Of a DNA stretch of 20,000 nucleotides, positions 1 to 8,006 are shown one piece after another; positions within the stretch are counted from its first letter, which is position 1; the number at the start of each line of letters is the position of its first letter. This DNA comes from an uncultured virus (IMG/VR IMGVR_UViG_3300030376_004017). Taxonomy: Duplodnaviria > Heunggongvirae > Uroviricota > Caudoviricetes. The stretch is taken from the IMG/VR virus record IMGVR_UViG_3300030376_004017; one strand, written 5' to 3'. The notes beneath the pieces were generated by a model. That model saw only the letters and a program-made list of their open reading frames with translations. It did not search any database and was not told the origin of the DNA. A program made the position numbers and the translations under genes.

Positions 1-1
1 T

Positions 2-3000
2 GCAACAACAACAAGTTCAGATGATAACGTAGCTGTTGGACACGATGCGCTGTATACATTTTACGGATCAGACGCGGTAGCCGTTGGTTCTGGTGCAGCG
101 GATGCTGCAATTAGCCAAACAAATTTAACTGCTATTGGCGCAGGTGCTTTAGGTGCAGCGACATCTGGCAACAACTGCACAGCGGTTGGAAAGAATGCTT
201 TAGGAACAACAGTTGATGGTGCAGCTAACACAGCAGTTGGAGTTGGTGCGTTAGCCGCAGATTGTGGTGATGATAATACAGCAGTCGGTCAAGGTGCGCT
301 GGATGTTTTCACAGGATCAAACGCAACTGCCGTAGGTAGTGGTGCGGCAGATGCTTTAACAACGGGTGTATTTAACACTGCGGTAGGCAAAAACGCATTA
401 GGCGCAACTGATGACGGTGGTTACAACACGGCAATTGGAAATGCGGCGTTATCCGCAAATTGTGCTGACAATAACGTAGCAGTTGGACACGCAGCACTTA
501 ACTCTTTTACTGGGTCAGACGCAACTGCGGTTGGAGTGGGCGCAGCAGATGCTGCAACTACCGCAGGAAACTTAACTGCCATAGGTAATAACGCAGCAGG
601 ATCGGTAACAGATAGTGATGACCATACTGCCGTGGGTGACAACGCATTAGCGAGTTGCACAACTGGCGCGCAGAACACAGCACTTGGATCAAACGCAGCT
701 TTTGCTTTAACAGGTAGTAGCAATGTAATGCTGGGGATGAACTCAGGTTACTACGCTACCACTGCTGACGACTGTGTTGCTATTGGTCGTAACGCTTTGC
801 TTGGTGCTAGTGGAAACACTACTGGTAACAAAAACGTAGCTATCGGTTCATACGCTTTAGATGCAGCTACAACAGCACACGACACAGTTGCTGTTGGATA
901 TAATGCTGGGACATCAAACCTGACAGGTCAAGATAATGTCTTTATTGGAAGAGATGCTGGAGTTTTTATAACTGGTAGTGCAAATACAATAATTGGAAAA
1001 GATGCTGCTAGGTATGCCAGTAGCGTAGACGATTGTATAGCTATAGGCACAAACGCATTATACGGTGTTAGTGCTAATACAACAGGTAATCATAATGTTG
1101 CTATTGGAAACTATTCACTAGATGCAGTAACAACAGCAACTAACAACATTGCAATTGGCTACAATTCAGGTAGTGCAATAACTTCAGGTGCGTCTAATGT
1201 TTCAATTGGATTTCACTCATTAAGACTAGAAGACGCAGGATCGGGTAACGTAGCTATCGGTCACTACGCGTTAGAAGAGCAAAATGATGACGCTGGACAA
1301 AACACTGCTGTGGGTTATCAAGCAGGATTAAATCTAACGACCGGATCTGATAACGCTTTCTTTGGTTATAATGCTGCTGGTTTAGGGGTTGCCACAGGAG
1401 ATAACAATTGTGTTTTCGGTTACAGTGCAGGTTATGATCTAACAAGTGGACATTCTAATGTGTTGATGGGTTACAGAGCGGGTCAAAATTTTACCGATAA
1501 TGACTCCAATGTGGTGATCGGCAGTAGCGCAATGGAAACTGCTAATAGTGATGAGAATTACAATATAGCAATTGGTGATTCTGCGTTGCAATCTTTGGAC
1601 GGTAGTAGTTCAGATGGTAACGTAGCAATTGGTCACACAGCATTACAAACATTAGCGGTAGCTGGGCCAGCAATGACTGTAATTGGTTACGAAGCAGGTA
1701 AAAACGCACCGACACCAAACAACTCTGTTTATATTGGTTATCAAGCTGTTGGAACTGGTGCTGCTACTGGAAATGATAACGTAGTAATTGGTTATGGTTC
1801 TGGTAGGGACTTAACTTCTGGATCTTCTAACATATTTTTAGGTAAAGACTCAGGAGAAAACGTTACCACAGGAAGTTACAACATCGCGGTTGGTGTTAAC
1901 GCAATGGAAGCAGCGCAAGCAGGGGTAACTGGTAACATAGCTATCGGACATCAAACGCTGATGACTGAAAACAGCAGTGCAGATCATTGTATTGCTATCG
2001 GGTTTGAAGCGTTAAAACTTCAAAACGCAGATGTCATTAATATGGCAATTGGCAGTTATGCCGGTGATGCAATTACTACTGGAACTCAGAATACATTTAT
2101 AGGACACGGTGCTGGCGGTGCAAACCAAACAGCCGACGACAATACGGCAGTTGGACATTTAGCATTAAATGATGTCACTGGAACCGACAACACTGCCGTT
2201 GGTTCACAAGCTTTAACTAATCTTGTTGGCGGCACTTACAACACAGCGTTAGGTCGTTACGCATTAGCAAGTGCTGACGGTAATGAAGCTTACAATACTG
2301 CACTTGGTAGAACTGCATTATATTCAATAAACAATAACTCAGCAGCACACAATATAGGTATTGGTTATGAAGCTGGTCGTTTTTACGAAACAACAGCATC
2401 AGCTACACCGGGTTCTGGAACACCTGACGGAGATAATACTTCTAGTATTAATTCTATTTTTATTGGCAGTGACACACGTTCTGCAAGTGCTGGTGATACC
2501 AACTCAATTGTAATTGGTTACACCGCAGTATCAAACGGTGACAACACAATAACACTTGGTAACGATGATACTGGTGCAATTCATTGTGCTGATACTTCTA
2601 TCGCAGCACTTTCAGATCGTCGCATTAAGCGAGATGTAAAAGATGCTGAGAATGTTGGTCTAGCATTTGTTGAGAAACTAAATGCAATTGAATACAAAAA
2701 ACTTAACCCAGCCGATTGGCCGGAAGAGATTCGCAGTCACCGTTATCGCGTAGAAGAACATCAAGAACTCGTAACACCTGCTGTTAAAGCTGAACCAGAA
2801 GTTTGGGAAGAAGCACAAGAAGAAGTTACTGAAGTTATAGAACATCCAGCGACTGAAGCAGTCACTAGAACTGTTGTTCATCCAGCACTTGAAGAGATTG
2901 TTGAAACTACAGTTATTCCAGCAGTCGAAGAACAAGTTGAAACAATTACTTATCCTGCGATTGAGGAAGTTACTGAGACAATCACACATCCTGCAATTGA

Positions 3001-4027
3001 AGCGGTTTATGAAGATGTAGTAATTCCAGCGGTTGCTGAAGAGACTGAAGAACGTGTAACGCAAGAAGCACAAGAAGAGATTATTGGTCAGCGTCAGAAG
3101 TATGATGAAGTTGACGTTACTGAAGATGTTACTCGCACAGAGATCGTTGAAGAAGACGGCAAGTGGATTCGCAAAGAAATCACTGAATCAGTAACTCGCA
3201 CAGAACGCACACCAGTTTATGAAGACTGCAACTTGTATCACGAAGATGGTTCACTTTGCACTGTATGTGTGACTCCAGCAGTTGAAGCAAAAGAAGCTGT
3301 TACGGAAGAACAGCAAGTGCTTGATGAAAATGGTGACGGTGTTCTAAACGAAGACGGCACTCCACAGATGGAGACAGTTGTTATTGAAGAAGCTGTTGAA
3401 GCTGTTGCTGAAGTTCGTGCGCCAGAGATTCACCGTGTTCCAGTAATGGAAGACTATGTTCAACAAGAAGCTAAAGAAGAAATTGTTGAAACATTTGTTA
3501 TTACTCCAGCAGAACCAGAACGCACTGAGCGCAGACTAATTACATCTGCACAAGAAGAGCGCACAGAAGTTCGTGTGGTAACACCAGCGCAAGCTGAACG
3601 AACTGAAACACGGGTAGTTGTTGAAGCTTCACCAGAGCGCACCGAAACAAGAGTTGTTCAAGAAGCACAAGCTGAACGCACTGAAATAGTTGTTCTTAAA
3701 AAAGCACAAGATGCTTGGACTGAAACTAAAGTGATAACTCCAGCGAGAGAACGCACATTAGTTAGTCCAGCGGTTGAAGCTAAAGAAGCAGTTTATGAAA
3801 CTGTAACTGTTCCAGCCGACGAACGTCCTGAAGACAATGACACCAACTATGTCGGACTGATCGCACAAGATGTGCAGACAGCTATGACAGAAGCTGGTGT
3901 TGACTTTGATCTGGTTACTGAAGGTGCGAACGGGAAGTTGGCGGTTAAGTATTCTAACCTTGTCATTCCACTGCTTAAAGCAGTACAAGAGCTAAGTGCG
4001 GAAGTAAAAGCTCTAAAGAATGGATAA
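2..4027 (+). CDS. Long tail fibre/adhesin, 5'-truncated, with YadA-like head repeats and a C-terminal peptidase S74 intramolecular chaperone
   Basis: Frame 2 is open from base 2 (ATTTSSDDNVAVGHDAL...), so the ORF-track start at 536 is internal. Dozens of (T)TGxxNxA(V/I)GxxAL repeats. S74 hallmarks: SDRRIKRDV at 2612, GLAFVEKLNAIEY, GLIAQDV at 3854, VKYSNLVIPLLKAVQELSAEV at the C-terminus. Confidence 0.9.
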   Translation, partial: ATTTSSDDNVAVGHDALYTFYGSDAVAVGSGAADAAISQTNLTAIGAGALGAATSGNNCTAVGKNALGTTVDGAANTAVGVGALAADCGDDNTAVGQGALDVFTGSNATAVGSGAADALTTGVFNTAVGKNALGATDDGGYNTAIGNAALSANCADNNVAVGHAALNSFTGSDATAVGVGAADAATTAGNLTAIGNNAAGSVTDSDDHTAVGDNALASCTTGAQNTALGSNAAFALTGSSNVMLGMNSGYYATTADDCVAIGRNALLGASGNTTGNKNVAIGSYALDAATTAHDTVAVGYNAGTSNLTGQDNVFIGRDAGVFITGSANTIIGKDAARYASSVDDCIAIGTNALYGVSANTTGNHNVAIGNYSLDAVTTATNNIAIGYNSGSAITSGASNVSIGFHSLRLEDAGSGNVAIGHYALEEQNDDAGQNTAVGYQAGLNLTTGSDNAFFGYNAAGLGVATGDNNCVFGYSAGYDLTSGHSNVLMGYRAGQNFTDNDSNVVIGSSAMETANSDENYNIAIGDSALQSLDGSSSDGNVAIGHTALQTLAVAGPAMTVIGYEAGKNAPTPNNSVYIGYQAVGTGAATGNDNVVIGYGSGRDLTSGSSNIFLGKDSGENVTTGSYNIAVGVNAMEAAQAGVTGNIAIGHQTLMTENSSADHCIAIGFEALKLQNADVINMAIGSYAGDAITTGTQNTFIGHGAGGANQTADDNTAVGHLALNDVTGTDNTAVGSQALTNLVGGTYNTALGRYALASADGNEAYNTALGRTALYSINNNSAAHNIGIGYEAGRFYETTASATPGSGTPDGDNTSSINSIFIGSDTRSASAGDTNSIVIGYTAVSNGDNTITLGNDDTGAIHCADTSIAALSDRRIKRDVKDAENVGLAFVEKLNAIEYKKLNPADWPEEIRSHRYRVEEHQELVTPAVKAEPEVWEEAQEEVTEVIEHPATEAVTRTVVHPALEEIVETTVIPAVEEQVETITYPAIEEVTETITHPAIEAVYEDVVIPAVAEETEERVTQEAQEEIIGQRQKYDEVDVTEDVTRTEIVEEDGKWIRKEITESVTRTERTPVYEDCNLYHEDGSLCTVCVTPAVEAKEAVTEEQQVLDENGDGVLNEDGTPQMETVVIEEAVEAVAEVRAPEIHRVPVMEDYVQQEAKEEIVETFVITPAEPERTERRLITSAQEERTEVRVVTPAQAERTETRVVVEASPERTETRVVQEAQAERTEIVVLKKAQDAWTETKVITPARERTLVSPAVEAKEAVYETVTVPADERPEDNDTNYVGLIAQDVQTAMTEAGVDFDLVTEGANGKLAVKYSNLVIPLLKAVQELSAEVKALKNG
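2843..3058 (+). repeat. Six 12-aa (36-nt) coding repeats, xPAxExVxETxx
   Basis: HPATEAVTRTVV / HPALEEIVETTV / IPAVEEQVETIT / YPAIEEVTETIT / HPAIEAVYEDVV / IPAVAEETEERV. Confidence 0.85.
3503..3736 (+). repeat. Six 13-aa (39-nt) coding repeats, xxAQxERTExRVV
   Basis: TPAEPERTERRLI / TSAQEERTEVRVV / TPAQAERTETRVV / VEASPERTETRVV / QEAQAERTEIVVL / KKAQDAWTETKVI. Confidence 0.85.
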
Positions 4028-4400
4028 GGTAACAGACGTATTTGATTCGCTATATTCAGCTGTAGTACAAGCTCAAAAAGAAGTTGAAGGAAAGTACATT
4101 GAGAATATTAACAAAAGTTATTTTGAAGATGGAAAGCCCAAGACCGTCACAGTTGAATTGGGGGGAAAGCCCATTGAAATTCCTCTCTTTTCACTTGTAC
4201 CGCACAACGCGCTCAAGATTGCAGAGTGCGAAATAGATTTTGAAATAGATTTGAATTTTAACAAAGAAGCTAAAGGGTGTCTCAGTAAATTACGCAGAAA
4301 CAAGATGGCTAATGTTAGAATAAAATTTGCTGGTTGTGATCAAGCTGAAGGGCTTGCGAGAATCGGTGATGGTTTAGTAAAACAAATACCTACAATATAA
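4020..4400 (+). CDS. DUF2589-like protein
   Basis: Pattern AVVQAQ...YF...IEIPLFSLVPHNALKI.E.EIDFE...EGLARI resembles DUF2589 (recalled, not searched). Overlaps the fibre gene stop. Confidence 0.7.
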   Translation: MDKVTDVFDSLYSAVVQAQKEVEGKYIENINKSYFEDGKPKTVTVELGGKPIEIPLFSLVPHNALKIAECEIDFEIDLNFNKEAKGCLSKLRRNKMANVRIKFAGCDQAEGLARIGDGLVKQIPTI

Positions 4401-4404
4401 TAAA

Positions 4405-4942
4405 ATGGCAGGAGCAGATGATGCACAATTAAAGGCTCGATTTCGTATCGTCAATCGGCTTCGAGCCGGATCCAGATGACCCGAAAAAAACGAGAACCCG
4501 CACCGTTGACGTAGAAGTTGAACGCCTTATTAAAGGACGTACTACACCGCAGAAGCAAATGGTCAAGATGCCATTACTTTCTATGGTCACGATACCCAAC
4601 CTATCTATATCAGATGTTAAAATACATTTTGATATGGAGGTTAAAAGCCATTCGGAACACAAAGATTCACACGACGACAAGCAGGAAAATCATTCAGAAA
4701 CTGAAGGTCACGCTGAAGTTAGCGGCCATTTTTGGGGGGTTGGGGTTACAGCTGGAGGCAGTCACTCATCATCTCACACTGGAACAGTTACATCACACTC
4801 TGAAAATACCCGCTCGACAGATTTTTCAGCTCGTTATTCAATAGATGTTGAAGCCACTCAAAACCCGCCAGCTGAAGGTTTGGCGCGATTTACACAGATG
4901 CTAGCATCTACGCTTGAGCCAGTTGACACCCAAGCAAAATAA
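4405..4942 (+). pseudogene. Second DUF2589-like gene with an apparent deletion/frameshift near 4435
   Basis: ATG 4405 (MAGADDAQLK) is in frame 1 and stops at 4477-4479. The DUF2589-like body (LDFVSSIGF...MPLLSMVTIPNLSISDVKIHFDMEVK...ARYSIDVEATQNPPAEGLARF) is in frame 2 from 4436, behind an in-frame TAA at 4430. Confidence 0.65.
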
Positions 4943-4945
4943 TTT

Positions 4946-5206
4946 ATGGCCTCAGAACAAGAGACAAAACAACAGGAAACCATTTTAATTAATGGGGAAG
5001 AACACAATATTAGCGATCTAACACCGCAACAGACCGCTTTTATTACACATATAACTGATCTTGATGCAAAAGCGCGTCAGGTTAATTATAACTTAGAGCA
5101 AACTTTAGCTGCTCGCGCTCATTTTATGTCGTTATTAAATGCGTCAATAGAAGAAAAGCCCGCAGCTGAAGCTGAAAAGCCAGCTGAAGAGGAGTCTTCC
5201 AGCTGA
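4946..5206 (+). CDS. Small coiled-coil phage protein (DUF6447-like)
   Basis: ILINGEEHNISDLTPQQ followed by a heptad-like helix. Similar proteins are common after fibre genes in aquatic phages. Confidence 0.6.
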   Translation: MASEQETKQQETILINGEEHNISDLTPQQTAFITHITDLDAKARQVNYNLEQTLAARAHFMSLLNASIEEKPAAEAEKPAEEESSS

Positions 5207-5216
5207 GAAAAATAAA

Positions 5217-5378
5217 ATGTTTAACTTAGACGATATAAAAGTGGGATTAGCTACAGCAGCTGGTATAACTAACTGGATGGCAAATATAGATTTGATCCTT
5301 CAGATAGCCATATCTGTAGCTAGTCTCGTTTATATTGTTCTTAAAGTAAAAGAACAGCTAAAAAAGAATGGCAGCTAA
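5217..5378 (+). CDS. Small membrane protein, holin-like (53 aa)
   Basis: Own translation: MFNLDDIKVGLATAAGITNWMANIDLILQIAISVASLVYIVLKVKEQLKKNGS. Hydrophobic segments and a basic C-tail. Confidence 0.6.
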   Translation: MFNLDDIKVGLATAAGITNWMANIDLILQIAISVASLVYIVLKVKEQLKKNGS

Positions 5379-5667
5379 AAAGAAAAGCCCAAAATCTTCA
5401 ATGAAATGCGGAGAAGTGCGTAAAAGCACTCGTTCTGATAAAAAGATAATGAAGCTTTACTGCATAGACGGTGGTAAAAAACTTGTTCACGCAGGTGCGA
5501 AAGGTTACGGAAACAATTATTCCGACGCTGCTCGTAAGTCTTTTAATGCTAGACATAAATGTTCTACAGCTAAAGCTGGTACAGCTAAACACTTAGCTTG
5601 CACTGAGCTTTGGAAAAAAGGCGGCAGGAAAACTAGCAATCCTAGTAGCCGGAAAGGTAAATACTAA
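5368..5667 (+). CDS. Lys-rich phage protein (DUF5754-like KLVHxGAKGY...RKSFxARH motif)
   Basis: ORF track. Motif is common in aquatic phage small basic proteins. Confidence 0.65.
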   Translation: MAAKKKSPKSSMKCGEVRKSTRSDKKIMKLYCIDGGKKLVHAGAKGYGNNYSDAARKSFNARHKCSTAKAGTAKHLACTELWKKGGRKTSNPSSRKGKY

Positions 5668-5831
5668 TGGCAGCTAAACAAAAACAATTAACGAATAGGC
5701 AAAAAGAAACTTTAAAAAAACACTCAGTTCATCATACAGCAAAACATATGTCAGAAATGCGTAAAATGATGAAAAACGGCAAAACTTTTACGGCAGCTCA
5801 TAAAGCAGCTATGAAAAAAGTAGGTAAATAA
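5667..5831 (+). CDS. Small basic His-rich phage protein (54 aa)
   Basis: MAAKQKQLTNRQKETLKKHSVHHTAKHMSEMRKMMKNGKTFTAAHKAAMKKVGK. TAATG stop/start overlaps at both ends. Confidence 0.75.
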   Translation: MAAKQKQLTNRQKETLKKHSVHHTAKHMSEMRKMMKNGKTFTAAHKAAMKKVGK

Positions 5832-5974
5832 TGGCAGCTAAAAAGAAAGATGCTTGTTATAATAAGGTTAAAAGCCGCTATAAAGTTTGGCCTTCTGCTT
5901 ATGCAAGTGGAGCTTTAGCTAAATGCAGGAAGGTTGGAGCTGCTAATTGGGGCAATAAATCTAAGAAAAAGTAA
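5831..5974 (+). CDS. Small basic phage protein with DACYxKVKxRYxVWPSAYASGAL motif (47 aa)
   Basis: MAAKKKDACYNKVKSRYKVWPSAYASGALAKCRKVGAANWGNKSKKK. Motif recalled from cyanophage and other marine phage proteins. TAATG coupling. Confidence 0.8.
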   Translation: MAAKKKDACYNKVKSRYKVWPSAYASGALAKCRKVGAANWGNKSKKK

Positions 5975-6216
5975 TGCCAAAAGTTCGCAAATCAAAAGAA
6001 GGTGCAGCTTTAAAGCGTTGGTTTAAGGAAGGTTGGGTAAATGTAAAAACTGGAAAAGCTTGTGGGGATGCTGATGGCGGTTATTGTAGACCTACTAAAC
6101 GAGTAAGTTCAAAAACACCTAAAACATTAGGAGAAATGTCTAAATCAGAAAGAAAAAGAAAAGTTTCTGAAAAAAAACGAACAGGCAGAGCAACTCCAGC
6201 TAGACGAAAAAAGTAA
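5974..6216 (+). CDS. Basic phage protein with LKRWFKExWV...CG...YCRPxKRVSSKTPKT motif (DUF5872-like)
   Basis: ORF track. As recalled, this motif usually accompanies the preceding one. Confidence 0.75.
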   Translation: MPKVRKSKEGAALKRWFKEGWVNVKTGKACGDADGGYCRPTKRVSSKTPKTLGEMSKSERKRKVSEKKRTGRATPARRKK

Positions 6217-6219
6217 TTT

Positions 6220-6336
6220 ATGCCATACGGAAAAAGTACAAGTGGAAGTAAAGCGGGTAAACCGCCGAAAAAAAATAAATTAAAATCTAGCAGTAAAAAA
6301 TCTTCTGCTAAGAAAATGAAACGAGGTAAGTATTAA
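6220..6336 (+). CDS. Very Lys-rich micro-protein (38 aa)
   Basis: MPYGKSTSGSKAGKPPKKNKLKSSSKKSSAKKMKRGKY. Fills the gap exactly. Confidence 0.6.
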   Translation: MPYGKSTSGSKAGKPPKKNKLKSSSKKSSAKKMKRGKY

Positions 6337-6337
6337 T

Positions 6338-6514
6338 ATGTTAAAATCAAAAACTGTTTGGACAGCTGTGACAGCTGTCGTAGGTGCAGCTTCCGGTTAT
6401 TTTACTGGCGAACTTGAAATGGCAGCTGCCTTGCAGCTGGTTGTTACAAGTGTTTTAGCTGTGTTTGTTAGACACGGTGTTAAAAAATCCGAAGACGCAG
6501 CTAGGGGAAATTAG
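6338..6514 (+). CDS. Putative holin (58 aa, 2 TM)
   Basis: MLKSKTVWTAVTAVVGAASGYFTGELEMAAALQLVVTSVLAVFVRHGVKKSEDAARGN. KSKTxW N-terminus, two hydrophobic helices, charged tail. Confidence 0.7.
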   Translation: MLKSKTVWTAVTAVVGAASGYFTGELEMAAALQLVVTSVLAVFVRHGVKKSEDAARGN

Positions 6515-6520
6515 TTAGTT

Positions 6521-6721
6521 ATGTGGATGCTTAAACTTCTGGGAATGCTAGGCGTTTTACGCGACCTAGTTTCCCAGTTGTTTAAAGTTTTCAAAAAAAC
6601 AACAGCTAATGTCAGAAGAAAAAGCAAAGATAAAGCAGTGGATGATGCCATTGCTGCTGCTCTTGGTCACGATGACCAGCTGTGCGACAGTCGATCTGAA
6701 GAACGCAGAAAGACTGATTGA
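6521..6721 (+). CDS. Putative i-spanin-like protein
   Basis: Weakly hydrophobic N-terminus then a charged helix. Overlaps an out-of-frame lipoprotein gene, as in Rz/Rz1. Confidence 0.45.
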   Translation: MWMLKLLGMLGVLRDLVSQLFKVFKKTTANVRRKSKDKAVDDAIAAALGHDDQLCDSRSEERRKTD

Positions 6722-6839
6722 AAGACATCCAGCTGGCTTTCAAGATGCTGTTCGTGCCTCCACTAATTCAGTGGAATTTGTTCGTGACGCTTTAAAAACA
6801 ATCAATCGCCTAGAGGCGGTGATTGAGCGAGAACTTTAA
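6609..6839 (+). CDS. Lipoprotein, putative o-spanin (start may be 6642)
   Basis: K-I-K-Q-W-MMPLLLLLVTMTS-C: signal peptide with lipobox Cys at 6681. Confidence 0.6.
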   Translation: MSEEKAKIKQWMMPLLLLLVTMTSCATVDLKNAERLIERHPAGFQDAVRASTNSVEFVRDALKTINRLEAVIEREL

Positions 6840-6845
6840 TTTCAA

Positions 6846-6958
6846 TAAGGGCCGACTCTAATATCGGCAAAGTTGGTTTACCATTACCCCGAAAGGGGCC
6901 ACGCCCTGCACCCTCTGCATAGTAAGCCTTTTTTGATTGGTGTAAGTGTCGGCCTTTA
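6846..6958 (+). ncRNA. Candidate structured RNA at the end of the late operon
   Basis: Stems 6846-6856/6948-6958 and 6875-6881/6922-6928 enclose the hairpins CCCC-GAAA-GGGG (6887-6898) and TGCA-ccctc-TGCA (6907-6919). G-U pairs favour the + strand. Confidence 0.45.
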
Positions 6959-6970
6959 CACTTGCTTACA

Positions 6971-7028
6971 TATATTATTATATTTATTTTTAATTTTTTA
7001 TTGACAATTAAAATAAAATATATATTCT
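6971..7028 (+). promoter_or_regulatory. Sigma70-type promoter with AT-rich UP element
   Basis: TTGACA at 7001-7006, 16-nt spacer, TATTCT at 7023-7028, preceded by 30 nt of pure A/T. Confidence 0.7.
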
Positions 7029-7037
7029 CCTTCTCTA

Positions 7038-7181
7038 GTGGGAGCAACATCAACAGGAAAACTTAAAGTAGTAGCGGTGAGCGAGAAGGTTCATAAGCTT
7101 TTAAAAGATCATTGCATTAAAAAAGGCTTAAAGATCGGCATTGCTACTGAAAACATAATAAGAAAATACTTTGAAAAATGA
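7038..7181 (+). CDS. Ribbon-helix-helix-like regulator (47 aa, GTG start, near-leaderless)
   Basis: MGATSTGKLKVVAVSEKVHKLLKDHCIKKGLKIGIATENIIRKYFEK: strand-helix-G-helix pattern. ATGA overlap with the next gene. Confidence 0.6.
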   Translation: MGATSTGKLKVVAVSEKVHKLLKDHCIKKGLKIGIATENIIRKYFEK

Positions 7182-7495
7182 CTGATCCAGAAATAAGGGA
7201 TATATCGTTGCAACAATTCACATCCTTTGCTCTGCCTAAATTTAATAAAGGTATAGAAGAGCATAACCCAAAAGGCGATAAGGGGTTGTGGAAAATGAAT
7301 GAACTTCAACTTGTTAAGGCTTTAAAGGAAGAGGCCGCAGACACTTGGTTTTACTTGAATGCTTTAGAGCAAAAGTTTTTAAAAAACAGATGCGACGAAA
7401 TTAATAAGGAATTTCAAATGAAATCCCGTAAGGATAAACAATTTCTCTCGGCGAGTGCCGAAACAGAAAACCCAGAAATCATAGAAGACGAATAA
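7178..7495 (+). CDS. Hypothetical helical phage protein (KFNKGIEEH...EEAADTWFY)
   Basis: ORF track. EExxD motif weakly recalls all-alpha NTP pyrophosphohydrolases. Confidence 0.55.
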   Translation: MTDPEIRDISLQQFTSFALPKFNKGIEEHNPKGDKGLWKMNELQLVKALKEEAADTWFYLNALEQKFLKNRCDEINKEFQMKSRKDKQFLSASAETENPEIIEDE

Positions 7496-7502
7496 AAATA
7501 AT

Positions 7503-8006
7503 ATGTTCTTAAATGCAACTGAAAGCTCTGTGAAAACAGACTTCGAGATTCACCCTAAAGGGGTGGCAAATGGTGTTTGTGTAGAAGTAGTTACACATAA
7601 CAAAAAAACAGGTGAGCCGTTTACTAAAAAGACGGCTGAAGGCGAGACTAAAAACCGGATTATTCTGGTTTTTCAAACTGATAAGACAGCAACCAAAGAG
7701 GATGGCTCTGAGGTAAACTGTGTTTATTGGGATTGGCACAATGTGCCTCAATCAATCGCTAACGAAAACGGATCGCTGCATAAGCGTCTTCGTGATTGGG
7801 AGGTTGAGATTAAAGACTTCAAAACAAAAGAAGACTTTGAAACTGCGGTTGTTGGCAGACCAGCAACTTTAGTGTTCACTCATAATGTGAGTGAGAAGAA
7901 CGGTAAAACCTACAGCAATATGACAAGCTGCACTCCTCTTGATGAAGGTGCAACTGCTTTTGTTGCTAAAGATTATCAAATCTATAACGAAGGCGCACCG
8001 TTCTAA
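7503..8006 (+). CDS. Putative ssDNA-binding protein (DUF669/NGO0469-like)
   Basis: FEIHPKG...C.EV, IILVFQ, VGRPATLVFTH...GKTYSN and a C-terminal EGAPF tail. Adjacent to an exonuclease. Confidence 0.6.
   Translation: MFLNATESSVKTDFEIHPKGVANGVCVEVVTHNKKTGEPFTKKTAEGETKNRIILVFQTDKTATKEDGSEVNCVYWDWHNVPQSIANENGSLHKRLRDWEVEIKDFKTKEDFETAVVGRPATLVFTHNVSEKNGKTYSNMTSCTPLDEGATAFVAKDYQIYNEGAPF

Noticed and set aside
536..538. ORF-track start of the tail fibre
   Set aside because: The frame is open with the same repeats back to base 2, so the gene starts upstream of the window.
2740..3850. Intein or intron in the S74 domain
   Set aside because: The insert is in frame and low-complexity, with no C/S...HN splice motifs or homing endonuclease signature.
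421..3988. Minus-strand ORFs inside the fibre gene
   Set aside because: Antisense shadows of a repetitive, codon-biased gene with no recognisable motifs.
6846..6958. tRNA gene
   Set aside because: No T-loop GTTC motif, cloverleaf spacing or CCA end.
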